This document shows positions 15,434 to 25,332 of a stretch of DNA of 32,000 nt, piece after piece; position 1 is the first letter of the stretch; each line of letters opens with the position of its first letter. Location of the stretch: positions 1-32,000 of the forward strand of contig JBARZE010000001.1 in the NCBI GenBank assembly GCA_049649525.1, read 5' to 3'. Source of the DNA: Microcoleaceae cyanobacterium. GTDB taxonomy: Bacteria > Cyanobacteriota > Cyanobacteriia > Cyanobacteriales > Microcoleaceae. The notes beneath the pieces were generated by a model. It ran no database searches. It was not told the DNA's origin and saw only the letters and a list, made by a program, of their open reading frames with translations. Made by a program: the position numbers and the translations under genes.

Positions 15434-15978
15434 TTATCTACTGTGCGTCTCCATTGCAGCAATGGATGACAAACTCCATTACAGAAGTTGCTCATCAATA
15501 CCTCATTAGTGTAGCGGGTGAGTGGATGAGTGAGTAGAAAGGCGTAGATCCTTAACCTCAATTGTGATAATTTTTAATCTTCAGCCTGCTTCTCAAGTGA
15601 GTGATTGTCTAATCAGATCAGCTATGATTCTATATTCAATCAATTTTATATGGGCTTAAGCGTATATTTACTGAATCTAGAATAAATCTTTGTATGAAAA
15701 ACTGATTTTAATCAGTAGAGCCAATTTTAACTCGAAGATCATCAAAGTGCGAGAAATTTCGGGCCAAAAATCAGATGACACAGATGCAGAATCACAAAAG
15801 CCACAATTGAGTCTTGCTATAATCATTTTAACTGATTATCCTAAATCAGCTCATTTAATAGTTGAAAGAGCGATCATTCTTCTATAAATTAGTATTTATT
15901 CTCAAGAATGCTATTGAATAACTATAACGGGTTCATCATAAATTATTAACTAGTTTTTCTATAATTTCAATATTTACT

Positions 15979-17625
15979 ATGGTGAAGTCACGAAAAAAAA
16001 GTAAGAAATCAAAGAAATCGAAAAATAAATCGAATCAGCCGACTTTAAGTAAGAAAGAGATTAAAGCCAGAAAACGGAAATTCGATAAAGAACTAAAGAA
16101 GTTTATTTCTACTGCAAGTGGTATTGGCGCAGTGGCGGTATTAATCGGAGTTGTATTGTTTTTTGTGGCTAATGAAAAGTTAGCGATCGCAGGCGGTGGC
16201 GGTATTTTAGTAATGGCATTATGCTATCTTTATCCCTCTCCGGGTTTATGGGCATTTTTAATATATTTACCGTTTTCGGGAACAATAACGTATTGGATTG
16301 GTGGGGGAAATATTATCTTTCAGTTAGCGAAAGATGGCTTTTATATTCCGGCTTTTTATGCCATGTTTCAAGAGTGGAAACGCAAGCGAAAACCGTTTGT
16401 TGTCTCCAAACAAATTAAGCAACCGCTGTATATTTTACTTGTTTTTTGCATTTTAACTTTATTACTCGTTAATGGAGTTCAACAATTCAGTTCTGAACCT
16501 GTATTTGATAAAGGTGTAGAGATTAATGAAAAACCCATTTTGATGGGAATATTAGGCTTAAAAGTTTTATTGGGTTATATTCCCTTATTGCCTTGTGCAT
16601 TTTATCAAGTCAAAGGAAAGAAAGAATTGCTATTTCTAACTCGGATGACTTTAGTATTAGCGATTATTTGCTGTTTACTCGGAGTAATACAATACCAATT
16701 TTTATCCTCTGGTCGGTGTCAAGGAACTGACCACTTAATTGGAGATGATTTATTCAAAGCCACCATTGATGCAAAATGCTTAGTGGGAGGGTCTCTTGTT
16801 TTTAGTCCGTCTCAAAATATGATTCGCTTACCGGGTACATTTGTTGCCCCCTGGCAATGGGCATGGTTCCTCATTTCTAATGCCTTTTTCACCTTTGCAA
16901 CTGCTTTTAGTGACCCTTCTGGGTTGTGGCGAATGGCAGGTTTAGGAGGAATGGCGTTAGTATTTGTTAATGCTGTAATTTCCGGTCAACGTATTGCTTT
17001 AGCCTTAGTTCCTTTAGTGATTGTGATTCTATTAATCTTAACAGGTCAAGTCACAAACTTAAAACGATTTATTCCCATTGCAGCCGGACTCGGTTTGATT
17101 TTAAGTATTGCTATTCTCGCCAACCCCGCTGTCATACAAGAACGAATTGATAGTTTTGTTAGTCGTTGGCAAGCCTCGCCGCCGACGGAATTTATCGCCG
17201 AACAATTTGCCTTTACCACAGAAGGACAACAGGGAATTTTTGGTAAAGGTGTAGGACGGGCAACCAATTCAGCGCGGGCATTTGGTAAAACTAAACTAAT
17301 AGAAACTTATTATCCTAAACTCATCTATGAAATTGGCCCCTTGGGAACCATTGCCTTTCTCAGTTTAGTCACTGCCATTACCACCAGTACATTTAAAGCC
17401 TATCGTTCGGTAAAAGACAAAAATATCCGCAGTTTTGGGGCATCATTTTGGGTATTCATCCTGATTATTAGTTACAACACCTATTACTATCCCCTCGATG
17501 TTGACCCGGTTGCCGTTTACTATTGGTATATTGCCGGAGTCATTTACCGACTCCCCGATATTGACCGCCAGGAACAAAAACGCATTATAGCCGAAGCCGA
17601 ATTGGAAAATGGTAAAAGTGGGTAA
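15979..17625 (+). CDS. Polytopic membrane protein, O-antigen ligase/polymerase (Wzy_C)-like, with a Lys-rich N-terminal tail
   Basis: 548 aa with 10 or more hydrophobic helices. N-terminus KSRKKSKKSKKSKNKS. A C-proximal IFGKGVGRATN motif resembles the G.G.G motif of O-antigen-ligase-family proteins. It is followed by two glycosyltransferase genes. Confidence 0.55.
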   Translation: MVKSRKKSKKSKKSKNKSNQPTLSKKEIKARKRKFDKELKKFISTASGIGAVAVLIGVVLFFVANEKLAIAGGGGILVMALCYLYPSPGLWAFLIYLPFSGTITYWIGGGNIIFQLAKDGFYIPAFYAMFQEWKRKRKPFVVSKQIKQPLYILLVFCILTLLLVNGVQQFSSEPVFDKGVEINEKPILMGILGLKVLLGYIPLLPCAFYQVKGKKELLFLTRMTLVLAIICCLLGVIQYQFLSSGRCQGTDHLIGDDLFKATIDAKCLVGGSLVFSPSQNMIRLPGTFVAPWQWAWFLISNAFFTFATAFSDPSGLWRMAGLGGMALVFVNAVISGQRIALALVPLVIVILLILTGQVTNLKRFIPIAAGLGLILSIAILANPAVIQERIDSFVSRWQASPPTEFIAEQFAFTTEGQQGIFGKGVGRATNSARAFGKTKLIETYYPKLIYEIGPLGTIAFLSLVTAITTSTFKAYRSVKDKNIRSFGASFWVFILIISYNTYYYPLDVDPVAVYYWYIAGVIYRLPDIDRQEQKRIIAEAELENGKSG

Positions 17626-17685
17626 CCTAATATAAAGAGGGTGTTTCTATCTTTTGCCCCTTATTCGTTGTCAGGAGTTGAATAG

Positions 17686-18714
17686 ATGAACACTGAAACA
17701 TCAACATCGTTATCCACAGCACAGAAAACATTATCTATTTCTGTGATAATTCCAACTTATAACCGCGAGGAAGCCTTGCGAGATACCTTAGTCGATGTCC
17801 TCACACAGGACTATCCGGACTATGAAATTATTGTAGTTGACCAAACGGCAAAACACGAACCTGAAACTCAGACTTATTTGGAAGAGTTAGCCACTCAGGG
17901 CAAAATTCAATGGTATAAAATCAATTGGGCCAGTTTACCAGGGGCGCGGAATTATGCAGTCCGGCGGGCGAAAGGAGATATTATTGTATTTATTGATGAT
18001 GATGTGGAATTACCCGATGGGTTTTTAGCAGCTCATGCTCGTAATTATACCGAAGCGGGAGACTCAACCCCGAAAAATATTGGGGCGGTGGCGGGACGGG
18101 TATTAGACCGGATGAAACTCGGGGACTCTGGCGGCGCGTTAAAGATTGAAGATTTACCCCCCGAGGCAATGGACCCTGGTATCGCCTGGTATCACATGGA
18201 TGTGGTACATACTATTAAACCGCAACAAGTGATTTCTGCCCGAGGCTGTAATATGTCGTTTCGTCGGGAATTATTCGACCAATATGGTTTACACTTTGAT
18301 GAACGCTACGGCGGTAGTGCGATACGGGAAGAGTCGGATTTTTGTTTAAGTATCCGCAAAACGGGTTATATGATTTGGTACGACCCAGAAGCGGAATTGG
18401 TGCATTTAGGGGAAGTTGTGGGGGGTTGTCATAATATTGGGACTCGTTCAATTCAATATCAAATTACCTTTTATCATAATCACTTTTTTATGGGGTTAAA
18501 ACATTTAACGCCACTGCAATGTTTACGCTTTTTTGCGAAGTTATTTGATTGTCATGTATTAGGGCATCCGCCTTGTAATAAAAGCGGTTCTCCCCTTAAA
18601 ATTATTACGCGATTTTGTTTTTATAGTTTAGGATTATTGAAAGCAATAGGAACTCGAATTAAATCTCTTTGGAATCAAGGACAAGTTTATACTCAGCAAG
18701 ATGAATTGGCTTAA
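17686..18714 (+). CDS. Family 2 glycosyltransferase (GT-A)
   Basis: 342 aa. SVIIPTYNREEALRDTL...IIVVDQT and the DxD motif FIDDDV. AGGAG lies 9 nt upstream of the ATG. Confidence 0.9.
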   Translation: MNTETSTSLSTAQKTLSISVIIPTYNREEALRDTLVDVLTQDYPDYEIIVVDQTAKHEPETQTYLEELATQGKIQWYKINWASLPGARNYAVRRAKGDIIVFIDDDVELPDGFLAAHARNYTEAGDSTPKNIGAVAGRVLDRMKLGDSGGALKIEDLPPEAMDPGIAWYHMDVVHTIKPQQVISARGCNMSFRRELFDQYGLHFDERYGGSAIREESDFCLSIRKTGYMIWYDPEAELVHLGEVVGGCHNIGTRSIQYQITFYHNHFFMGLKHLTPLQCLRFFAKLFDCHVLGHPPCNKSGSPLKIITRFCFYSLGLLKAIGTRIKSLWNQGQVYTQQDELA

Positions 18715-18766
18715 ATTTTAGCTGTTTCAATATTGAACTTTATCCCCTCATTCTTCTGTAAAAATC

Positions 18767-19930
18767 ATGAAAATTTTAGTTGCTAGTCATACTTATATTG
18801 TCGATCTCAATCGCGAAAAATTGCGTGCGCTGGCTGAATTACAACCCGAAATTGAAGTCACGGTTATTGTGCCGAAGCGTTGGAAACCGGGCGGTGTACA
18901 GAATAAAATTATTGATTCTGAATGGGTTGATGAAGGCTCTTTTAAAGTGGTTCCTGTTTCTAATTTTAGTCAGAATAATCAAGGTTTATTGACGTTTGGT
19001 TTAGATTTAATTTCACTACTAAAACAGTTTAAGCCGGATATCATTCAAGTTGAACAAGGCTCAAAAGCAGTAACCTATGCTGAATTTATTACTTTGAATA
19101 AGTTACTTGGATTAAGAGCAAAAAATCTATTTTTTACTTGGTGGAATCTCCCTTATCAATTGAAATTCCCCATTTCTACTCTGGAAAATTATAACTTAAA
19201 AAATACCGATGGAATTGTTGTCGGTAATAAAGATGGGTTTGAAATTTTACGGGAACGAGGTTATCAAGGGGCAATGGAAATTATGCCACAATTAGGAGTA
19301 GATGAACGGCTGTTTAAACCCACTCCTCAACCGGAGTTAAGAGAAAAACTAGGAATTAAAATAGATGAATTTGTGGTCGGTTTTGTCGGTCGTTTTGTGG
19401 AAGAAAAAGGGCTTTTAACCTTAATTGAAGCATTAGCTAGGTTAAAAGATTTATCGTGGAAAGGAGTATTACTGGGACGGGGAGAATTACGAGAAACGTT
19501 AATACAAAAAGCAACGGAATTAGGCATCCGAGAACGGTTAATTTTTGTTGAAAGTGTGCCTCATAACCAGGTACAAAACTATATTAATTTAATGGATACG
19601 CTTGTCCTTCCTTCCGAAACAACTTATAAGTTTAAGACATTAACTTCTGTGGGTTGGAAAGAACAATTCGGTCATGTTTTAATTGAAGCAATGGCTTGTA
19701 AAGTCCCGGTAATTGGTTCTAATTCTGGTGAAATTCCCCATGTTATTGGCAATGGAGGATTGATTTTTCCGGAAAAGAATGTAGACATATTACAAGATTG
19801 TTTGCGGCAATTAATAGAAAATCAAAACTTAGCAAAAGATTTAGGGGATAAAGGTTACAAACGAGTGATGGAACATTATACAAATACAGCATTAGCGAGA
19901 AAGTTATTGAATTTCTATCAACAACTGTAA
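18767..19930 (+). CDS. Family 4 (GT-B, group 1) glycosyltransferase
   Basis: 387 aa. EQFGHVLIEAMACKVPVIGSNSGEIPHVI (E-x7-E region). Confidence 0.9.
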   Translation: MKILVASHTYIVDLNREKLRALAELQPEIEVTVIVPKRWKPGGVQNKIIDSEWVDEGSFKVVPVSNFSQNNQGLLTFGLDLISLLKQFKPDIIQVEQGSKAVTYAEFITLNKLLGLRAKNLFFTWWNLPYQLKFPISTLENYNLKNTDGIVVGNKDGFEILRERGYQGAMEIMPQLGVDERLFKPTPQPELREKLGIKIDEFVVGFVGRFVEEKGLLTLIEALARLKDLSWKGVLLGRGELRETLIQKATELGIRERLIFVESVPHNQVQNYINLMDTLVLPSETTYKFKTLTSVGWKEQFGHVLIEAMACKVPVIGSNSGEIPHVIGNGGLIFPEKNVDILQDCLRQLIENQNLAKDLGDKGYKRVMEHYTNTALARKLLNFYQQL

Positions 19931-19944
19931 AGACATTTCTAAAT

Positions 19945-19974
19945 GAAAAAACCCAGTGTTACTCTCAACCTGGG
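19945..19974 (-). terminator. Weak candidate terminator for the UPF0104 gene
   Basis: On the minus strand, a CCCAG/CTGGG 5-bp stem (19952..19956 / 19970..19974) is followed by T7 (the complement of A-run 19945..19951). The short stem means low confidence. Confidence 0.3.
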
Positions 19975-20011
19975 CTTTAATGCAGTTAAAGATTTTTACT
20001 CAAAATCGCCA

Positions 20012-21025
20012 TTACTCCCTCACACGGGCAAACTGTTCTTTTGGTAAAGAAGTTGAAGTGTTAGAAGTATGGATAGGCTCAAACATTAAGGGGTTTTGTA
20101 CGGGTGAGTCCGAGAAAAACCGTTGATCCATTTCTGCATAAAGCGCTCCAGAAGCTTCTGCTAATATACTAATGAGTCGATAAAACGCAACCGCACCGAG
20201 TAGAATAGCAGGGGAAAATTCTTGATCGAGTAAGGCTAAAGCAGTGGCTTCAAAAATACCAATTCCACCCGGTGCGCCCGGTATCACTAAACCCAGTAAC
20301 CAAGCTAAACTAAATGAACTTAATAGTACAGGAACCTGTTGCCATTCGATTGGACTGAGTGCTAAAACAGCCAGAATAAACCCTAAAGAGCGTAAACTCA
20401 CAAATCCAATTTGTCCTAAAAAAGGTTTTAGTGGATACTGGTCAATATGAAATCCTCCTGCCGCAATGACTTGGGGATCTTCTCCTTTTAATTTCATTTT
20501 CCTGAACTGTTTAATCACAGGATTTAAAATGCGGGGATGGACTCCGGCTAAAACAATAATTAAGCTGAGAATTTGTAAAGGAAGATGCTCTTGTTGTGCA
20601 TTAATTAAAGCAAATAATAAGGCCGCAGATGCCATCAATAAGGGTTCTAACAACACACTTAATGAAGCTGCACCAATTGATACCCCAACTTGAGTAACAG
20701 CCATTATACGACCGTAAAAATGCCAGACATTACCGGGTAGATATTTGGCAATATTTGTTTTCAGATAAACTTGTAAACCCCAACGATTTTGTATCGGTTG
20801 CTTGAATTCTTTGAGAGTTAACAACCAAATTCGTCCCGACAAAAGATGCGCTATGATGGTAACAACCAAGGATAACCCAATCAACATCCAGCCAGTGCGG
20901 GTGACTTCAATTGCTGAAACTTCAGTCCAATTTTGCTTAAGAGCAGCCAATAAAAAGAACAAGGTTGCCCCAAGGAGCATCCAGCGGATATAGGGTTTAA
21001 TGCGGGACAAAATTTTTTTCATCAT
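20012..21025 (-). CDS. UPF0104 / lysylphosphatidylglycerol-synthase-TM-region family membrane protein (flippase-like)
   Basis: 337 aa, about 8 TM helices. Family motif KYLPGNVWHFYGR and PGAPGGIGIFEA. Confidence 0.8.
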   Translation of the reverse strand: MMKKILSRIKPYIRWMLLGATLFFLLAALKQNWTEVSAIEVTRTGWMLIGLSLVVTIIAHLLSGRIWLLTLKEFKQPIQNRWGLQVYLKTNIAKYLPGNVWHFYGRIMAVTQVGVSIGAASLSVLLEPLLMASAALLFALINAQQEHLPLQILSLIIVLAGVHPRILNPVIKQFRKMKLKGEDPQVIAAGGFHIDQYPLKPFLGQIGFVSLRSLGFILAVLALSPIEWQQVPVLLSSFSLAWLLGLVIPGAPGGIGIFEATALALLDQEFSPAILLGAVAFYRLISILAEASGALYAEMDQRFFSDSPVQNPLMFEPIHTSNTSTSLPKEQFARVRE

Positions 21026-21237
21026 CTCTGGTTACACTAATACTGTTGCCTTAGACATCATCCAATCTCAAGATATTTCTTGAAAAACAAGAGCTAACCT
21101 CAATCAGAAGATCTGTCGAATACACAAGAAATGAGATAATAACTAAAAGAGTACAATTCAATCAAGTTACCTGAAAAATAACATTAAGCTTTTGATTAAA
21201 CATCACTAAATGCTAAAATGTCAAAAAATAAACATAT

Positions 21238-22074
21238 TTAGTAGCTAGTAATAATGCGGCCAGCACTTTGTAACTGTTGATAATAGACTTTGCTCACTTG
21301 ATTGCCCTGCTCTGAAAGGACATCGATTCCTATGCCATTGCGACCGCGATCAATTCCAGAACTATGAATATACAGTCCTTTACCCAGGTACAGCCCTACA
21401 TGAGTAGCTTTGTACTTCAACCCAAAAAATACTAAATCTCCAGGTTGTAAATAGAATAGCATTATTTTTATAGAATTTTCCGGGTTCGGATTAATCAAGA
21501 TCGGATTTTTCGAGTCAGCAACACTGCTATTGCTGGGTCTTTCAGGCTTGATTTCCTCAAGAGTCCGGGTGGTTTGCCCTTGTTCTGATTCGGGGTTGAT
21601 AAACAGGGGTAGCGATCGCACAAAGGCTTGTTGTTGATAGGCATCTCGTGGAATCCAAATCCCCACGGAAGCAAAAGCCGCTTGCATGAGTCCAGAGCAG
21701 TCATAATTTGGCCCAACGGTTCCGCCCCATAAATACTGATTGGGTGTTTTCATTGCCTGATGAGTAAAATCGATCACTTGAGGCAATCGCTGCTGAATCT
21801 CGGTTTGAGACAGGGTCAGAGGTTGATAAGGATGAGTTGCGGGCTCAATTTTATCAAAGTCTGCCATCGCTAACCAAGCGGTATAATCATCTTCCGAAAG
21901 TTGGACTCGAATTGCTGTGGTGGGATCCCCATCTCGATTTAAATCTTGCCGTTGTAGACGCAAGTGTCGTCCCAAAGCTGCCTGGGTAGCCAGTCGATCG
22001 CATTGGGCTGAATCATAAAGATTGAGATGGTCTTTGCACTGATACTCAACGATATCGGATAATAAATCTGTCAT
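21238..22074 (-). CDS. NlpC/P60 (C40) cell-wall peptidase
   Basis: Catalytic Cys motif YDCSGLMQAAF and His motif ATHVGLYLGKGLYIHSS. The ORF track starts at TTG 22122. The in-frame ATG at 22074 (MTDLLSDIV) is preferred. Confidence 0.85.
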   Translation of the reverse strand: MTDLLSDIVEYQCKDHLNLYDSAQCDRLATQAALGRHLRLQRQDLNRDGDPTTAIRVQLSEDDYTAWLAMADFDKIEPATHPYQPLTLSQTEIQQRLPQVIDFTHQAMKTPNQYLWGGTVGPNYDCSGLMQAAFASVGIWIPRDAYQQQAFVRSLPLFINPESEQGQTTRTLEEIKPERPSNSSVADSKNPILINPNPENSIKIMLFYLQPGDLVFFGLKYKATHVGLYLGKGLYIHSSGIDRGRNGIGIDVLSEQGNQVSKVYYQQLQSAGRIITSY

Positions 22075-22222
22075 TGTAGATTTTGTCGATGGCCGCGATC
22101 GCCGCCAATAGTATTGAGTCAACTAAAGTGTAAAGCAAAGTTTATCCTATTAATCCGAGGAGAAGTTACTTCTCGAATAACTTCATGCATAATCTGTAAA
22201 AAGCACAAAGACTGTATTGGCT

Positions 22223-23161
22223 ATGACATTTTTTCAAACATCTAAATCATTAACACAACTCGGTAATGGCATTATCTCCGCCACTTTAGAACAATTTCCA
22301 GCTTTAGGAGAAAATCAACTGGCTTTAACTTGGATTGTCTATGACTCACCCCCAGCCATTAATACAGGCGCAGCCCTAACTCCTGGGGAATTCTGGAATT
22401 ATCCTCTACAAGGATTTGCTTATCGAGGAATTGAACGAATTTACCCCGGATCTTTGGTGCAGTTATTTTATCTTGTGGCATTGTATGAGTGGATTAACAA
22501 AGGAATGTTGCAACCCACGGCTGAGTTAGAACGGGCAACCCGTGATATGATAATTCACTCTAGTTGTGATGCCACCAGTTTAATCGTTGATAGCCTGAGC
22601 GGAACCACAAGCGGGCCAGAATTGTCCTCCGGGCCGTTTGAAACCTGGAAAGCCCAACGTAACCTGATTAACCGTTATTTTAAGTCTTTGAACTGGCCGG
22701 AATTTGCTTCAATTAATGTTAATCAAAAAATCTGGTGTGATGGGGCGTATGGCCGAGAACGGGCTTTTTTAGGGGAATTGATGGAACATCGTAATATGTT
22801 GACTCCCAACGCAACTGCTCGCTTGTTGCATAGTATTATCGGAGGAGTGGCAGCTTCTTCACAGGCCTCTAAAACGATGATGAAATTGATCCAGCGCAGT
22901 CTCAAACCCGAGGATTGGGCTGATAAACCAAAGAACTTTATCATCGGATTTTTAGGGGAAGGATTACCCGCAACTGCGCGATTATGGTCGAAATCTGGGC
23001 AAGATCAACAAGTACGTCATGAAGCGGCTTACATTGAAATTCCAGATCGCCCACCCTACTTACTGGTTGTGTTTACCGAAGGCAAGGCACCGAGTCAAAT
23101 AAAAGCGTTATTACCGTTTATTTCTCAAAAGATTGCAGAAGCAACTCATACCATTTGTTAA
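22223..23161 (+). CDS. Beta-lactamase-fold (class A-like) serine-hydrolase-family protein, possibly non-catalytic
   Basis: PGSLVQLFYLVAL (S-x-x-Q at the S-x-x-K position), HSSCDATSLIV at the SDN-loop position, and a KSG triad (WSKSGQD). ATG at 22223; the ORF track uses TTG 22217. Confidence 0.55.
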   Translation: MTFFQTSKSLTQLGNGIISATLEQFPALGENQLALTWIVYDSPPAINTGAALTPGEFWNYPLQGFAYRGIERIYPGSLVQLFYLVALYEWINKGMLQPTAELERATRDMIIHSSCDATSLIVDSLSGTTSGPELSSGPFETWKAQRNLINRYFKSLNWPEFASINVNQKIWCDGAYGRERAFLGELMEHRNMLTPNATARLLHSIIGGVAASSQASKTMMKLIQRSLKPEDWADKPKNFIIGFLGEGLPATARLWSKSGQDQQVRHEAAYIEIPDRPPYLLVVFTEGKAPSQIKALLPFISQKIAEATHTIC

Positions 23162-23572
23162 AAATCAATAGCTTGCCATTGATTTCAATATCATTGCAGA
23201 TTTCTATAGAAATTTTTGATGTATACCTGTCCCCTTCGTTAAAATAGATTATAAGTGCCACAATCCCATAAAACACAGAACATCACCTTTGTCAGCGATG
23301 TCAATAAATATGCCAAACTTTAATCGGTTGAGCCAATTTTAAGAAAAAGATAGAGCTTTATCCGAAATTCCTCATTTTCAAAGTGATAATAGTAGTAGAG
23401 GTGAACTATCCGTTATCAGCAAGCTTGGGTGTATTTACTTAATAGAGACACCAGCAACCCAATTGAAACTCTATTGCGCTCAGGTTTGTCGGTCTGTGGA
23501 GGCACTTTTCGATCAACCCGTGTGTTCCTTCTTCTGGCATTATTCACTTAACCTCAAGCACTCTTGAACACT

Positions 23573-25264
23573 ATGAGTTACTGTATTCATCCCGCTTGTC
23601 TTCATCCTCAAAATCCCAACAACGTTAAAACTTGTCAAGCGTGCGGTTCAAGACTAGTGTTACGTAAACGTTACCATATCATTAAACCATTGGGAAAAGG
23701 CGGATTTGGTGCAACGTTCTTAGCGCGGGATTTATCATTACCGGGTGTTCCGAGTTGCGTGGTTAAACAACTCCGTCCCACAGTCAAATCTCGCCGCGTT
23801 TTGGATATGGCGCAGCAACTGTTTCAGCGAGAAGCCAAAACATTAGGAAAAATAGGTAATCATCCCCAAGTGCCTCGGTTATTAGATTATTTTGTTGGAA
23901 AACAGCAATTTTATCTGGTTCAAGAACATATTGATGGTTGTACACTCAAGCAAGAAGTTAAGGGTACTGGAACGTATGATGAGGAAAAAATACAGACATT
24001 TCTACGAGAAATTTTACCCATTTTAGATTACATTCATTTTCAAGGTGTGATTCACCGAGATATTAAACCCGCTAACATCATTCGTCGCCGACAGGATAAT
24101 CGTTTAGTCCTGATTGACTTTGGTGCAGTTAAAGATGAAGTCAGCCAAGTTTCAGTGGCCGGGACAGGAGAAACCGCATTTACTGACTTTGCCATCGGCA
24201 CTTCGGGTTTTGCACCACCCGAACAAATGTCTTTACGACCCGTTTATGCGAGTGATATTTATGCAGTCGGCATGAGTTGTGTCTATTTGCTGACGGGACA
24301 GTCCCCCAACCGACTACAACATGACCCAATGACCGGGGAATTATTGTGGCGGAGTCAGGTTACAGTGAGTGAAGGATTTGCTCAGATCTTAGAGAAAATG
24401 TTAGAGATGTCTGTCCGTCATCGCTATCAATCTGCTCAACAAGTTATAGATGCGTTGGATAACTTAGCGGTTGCCACAACCTTAGAGACTCGATTTGAAG
24501 ATTTATCTGACGGTTTGAGTATTCAGCCGGCTGCCACTACTACGACATTCCTAGAAGAACCCCTCAACTCAGCTTTAGAACAAGAGCAAACAATATACAA
24601 AGAAGATAGCGCATCACCCCTTTCACCTTTTGCCTTAGAAGCCTCAAAAATTCGGGAGTTAAGAACACGACGTGCTCAAAAGGTGGGGATTTCTGAGCGC
24701 AACTTGAGTAATGAATACGGAAATAGTTTTAGCGCCACTCAAGGTGCTCCTAGAACTTCATTTGATCGGCCAAATTCATCTAGAATTCAAACTAAAAATC
24801 CTAATGCTTCTCATCCGAGTTCTGCTGGGGAAGAATGGACCCAACAGCGCTTAAAATCTGCTTATACTCGCGGAGAACGATATTTTACTGAGTGTGATTT
24901 AAGTTATTTCAATTTAGAAAGCACAAAATTTTCAGGTGCATATTTTTCAGGATGTAAGCTAATTCAGACCAATTTTCAAGCAGCGGATTTATCCAGTGTT
25001 AATTTTAGTCGGGCTCAATTAACTTATGCTGTGTTGCGAGATGCTAATTTACGCAATGCTTATCTGAGTACTGCTGATTTGGAAAGGGCCGATCTTAGAG
25101 GGGCCGATTTAACTGGGGCTTGTTTAAGACGAGCTAACTTGCGTGGGGCAAATTTATGTGGAGCAGATCTGACAAATGCTTTAATCTCTAAAGAACAAAT
25201 TGCTGGGGCGAAAACGAATTGGCGTACGATTAAGCCAGATGGAAAACGGACATTTGGAATATGA
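23573..25264 (+). CDS. Ser/Thr protein kinase with an N-terminal 4-Cys prefix and C-terminal pentapeptide repeats
   Basis: YCIHPACLHPQNPNNVKTCQACGSRL; GKGGFGATF; HRDIKPANI; DFG; GTSGFAPPE. The C-terminus has A(D/N)Lxx pentapeptide repeats (ADLRGADLTGACLRRANLRGANLCGADL). ATG at 23573; the ORF track uses TTG 23564. Confidence 0.9.
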   Translation: MSYCIHPACLHPQNPNNVKTCQACGSRLVLRKRYHIIKPLGKGGFGATFLARDLSLPGVPSCVVKQLRPTVKSRRVLDMAQQLFQREAKTLGKIGNHPQVPRLLDYFVGKQQFYLVQEHIDGCTLKQEVKGTGTYDEEKIQTFLREILPILDYIHFQGVIHRDIKPANIIRRRQDNRLVLIDFGAVKDEVSQVSVAGTGETAFTDFAIGTSGFAPPEQMSLRPVYASDIYAVGMSCVYLLTGQSPNRLQHDPMTGELLWRSQVTVSEGFAQILEKMLEMSVRHRYQSAQQVIDALDNLAVATTLETRFEDLSDGLSIQPAATTTTFLEEPLNSALEQEQTIYKEDSASPLSPFALEASKIRELRTRRAQKVGISERNLSNEYGNSFSATQGAPRTSFDRPNSSRIQTKNPNASHPSSAGEEWTQQRLKSAYTRGERYFTECDLSYFNLESTKFSGAYFSGCKLIQTNFQAADLSSVNFSRAQLTYAVLRDANLRNAYLSTADLERADLRGADLTGACLRRANLRGANLCGADLTNALISKEQIAGAKTNWRTIKPDGKRTFGI

Positions 25265-25332
25265 AAGATTAAACCATGCCGCGATTGTGATTCGACATGG
25301 CTTTGTAGATTACAGGTTAAGCATTAAATAAA

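Noticed and set aside
15690-15887. 65-aa ORF in the HIT / Wzy-like divergent intergenic region
   Set aside because: It has a TTG start, no Shine-Dalgarno and no recognisable motif, and it lies in an AT-rich promoter-type region. The evidence is not sufficient to call a gene.
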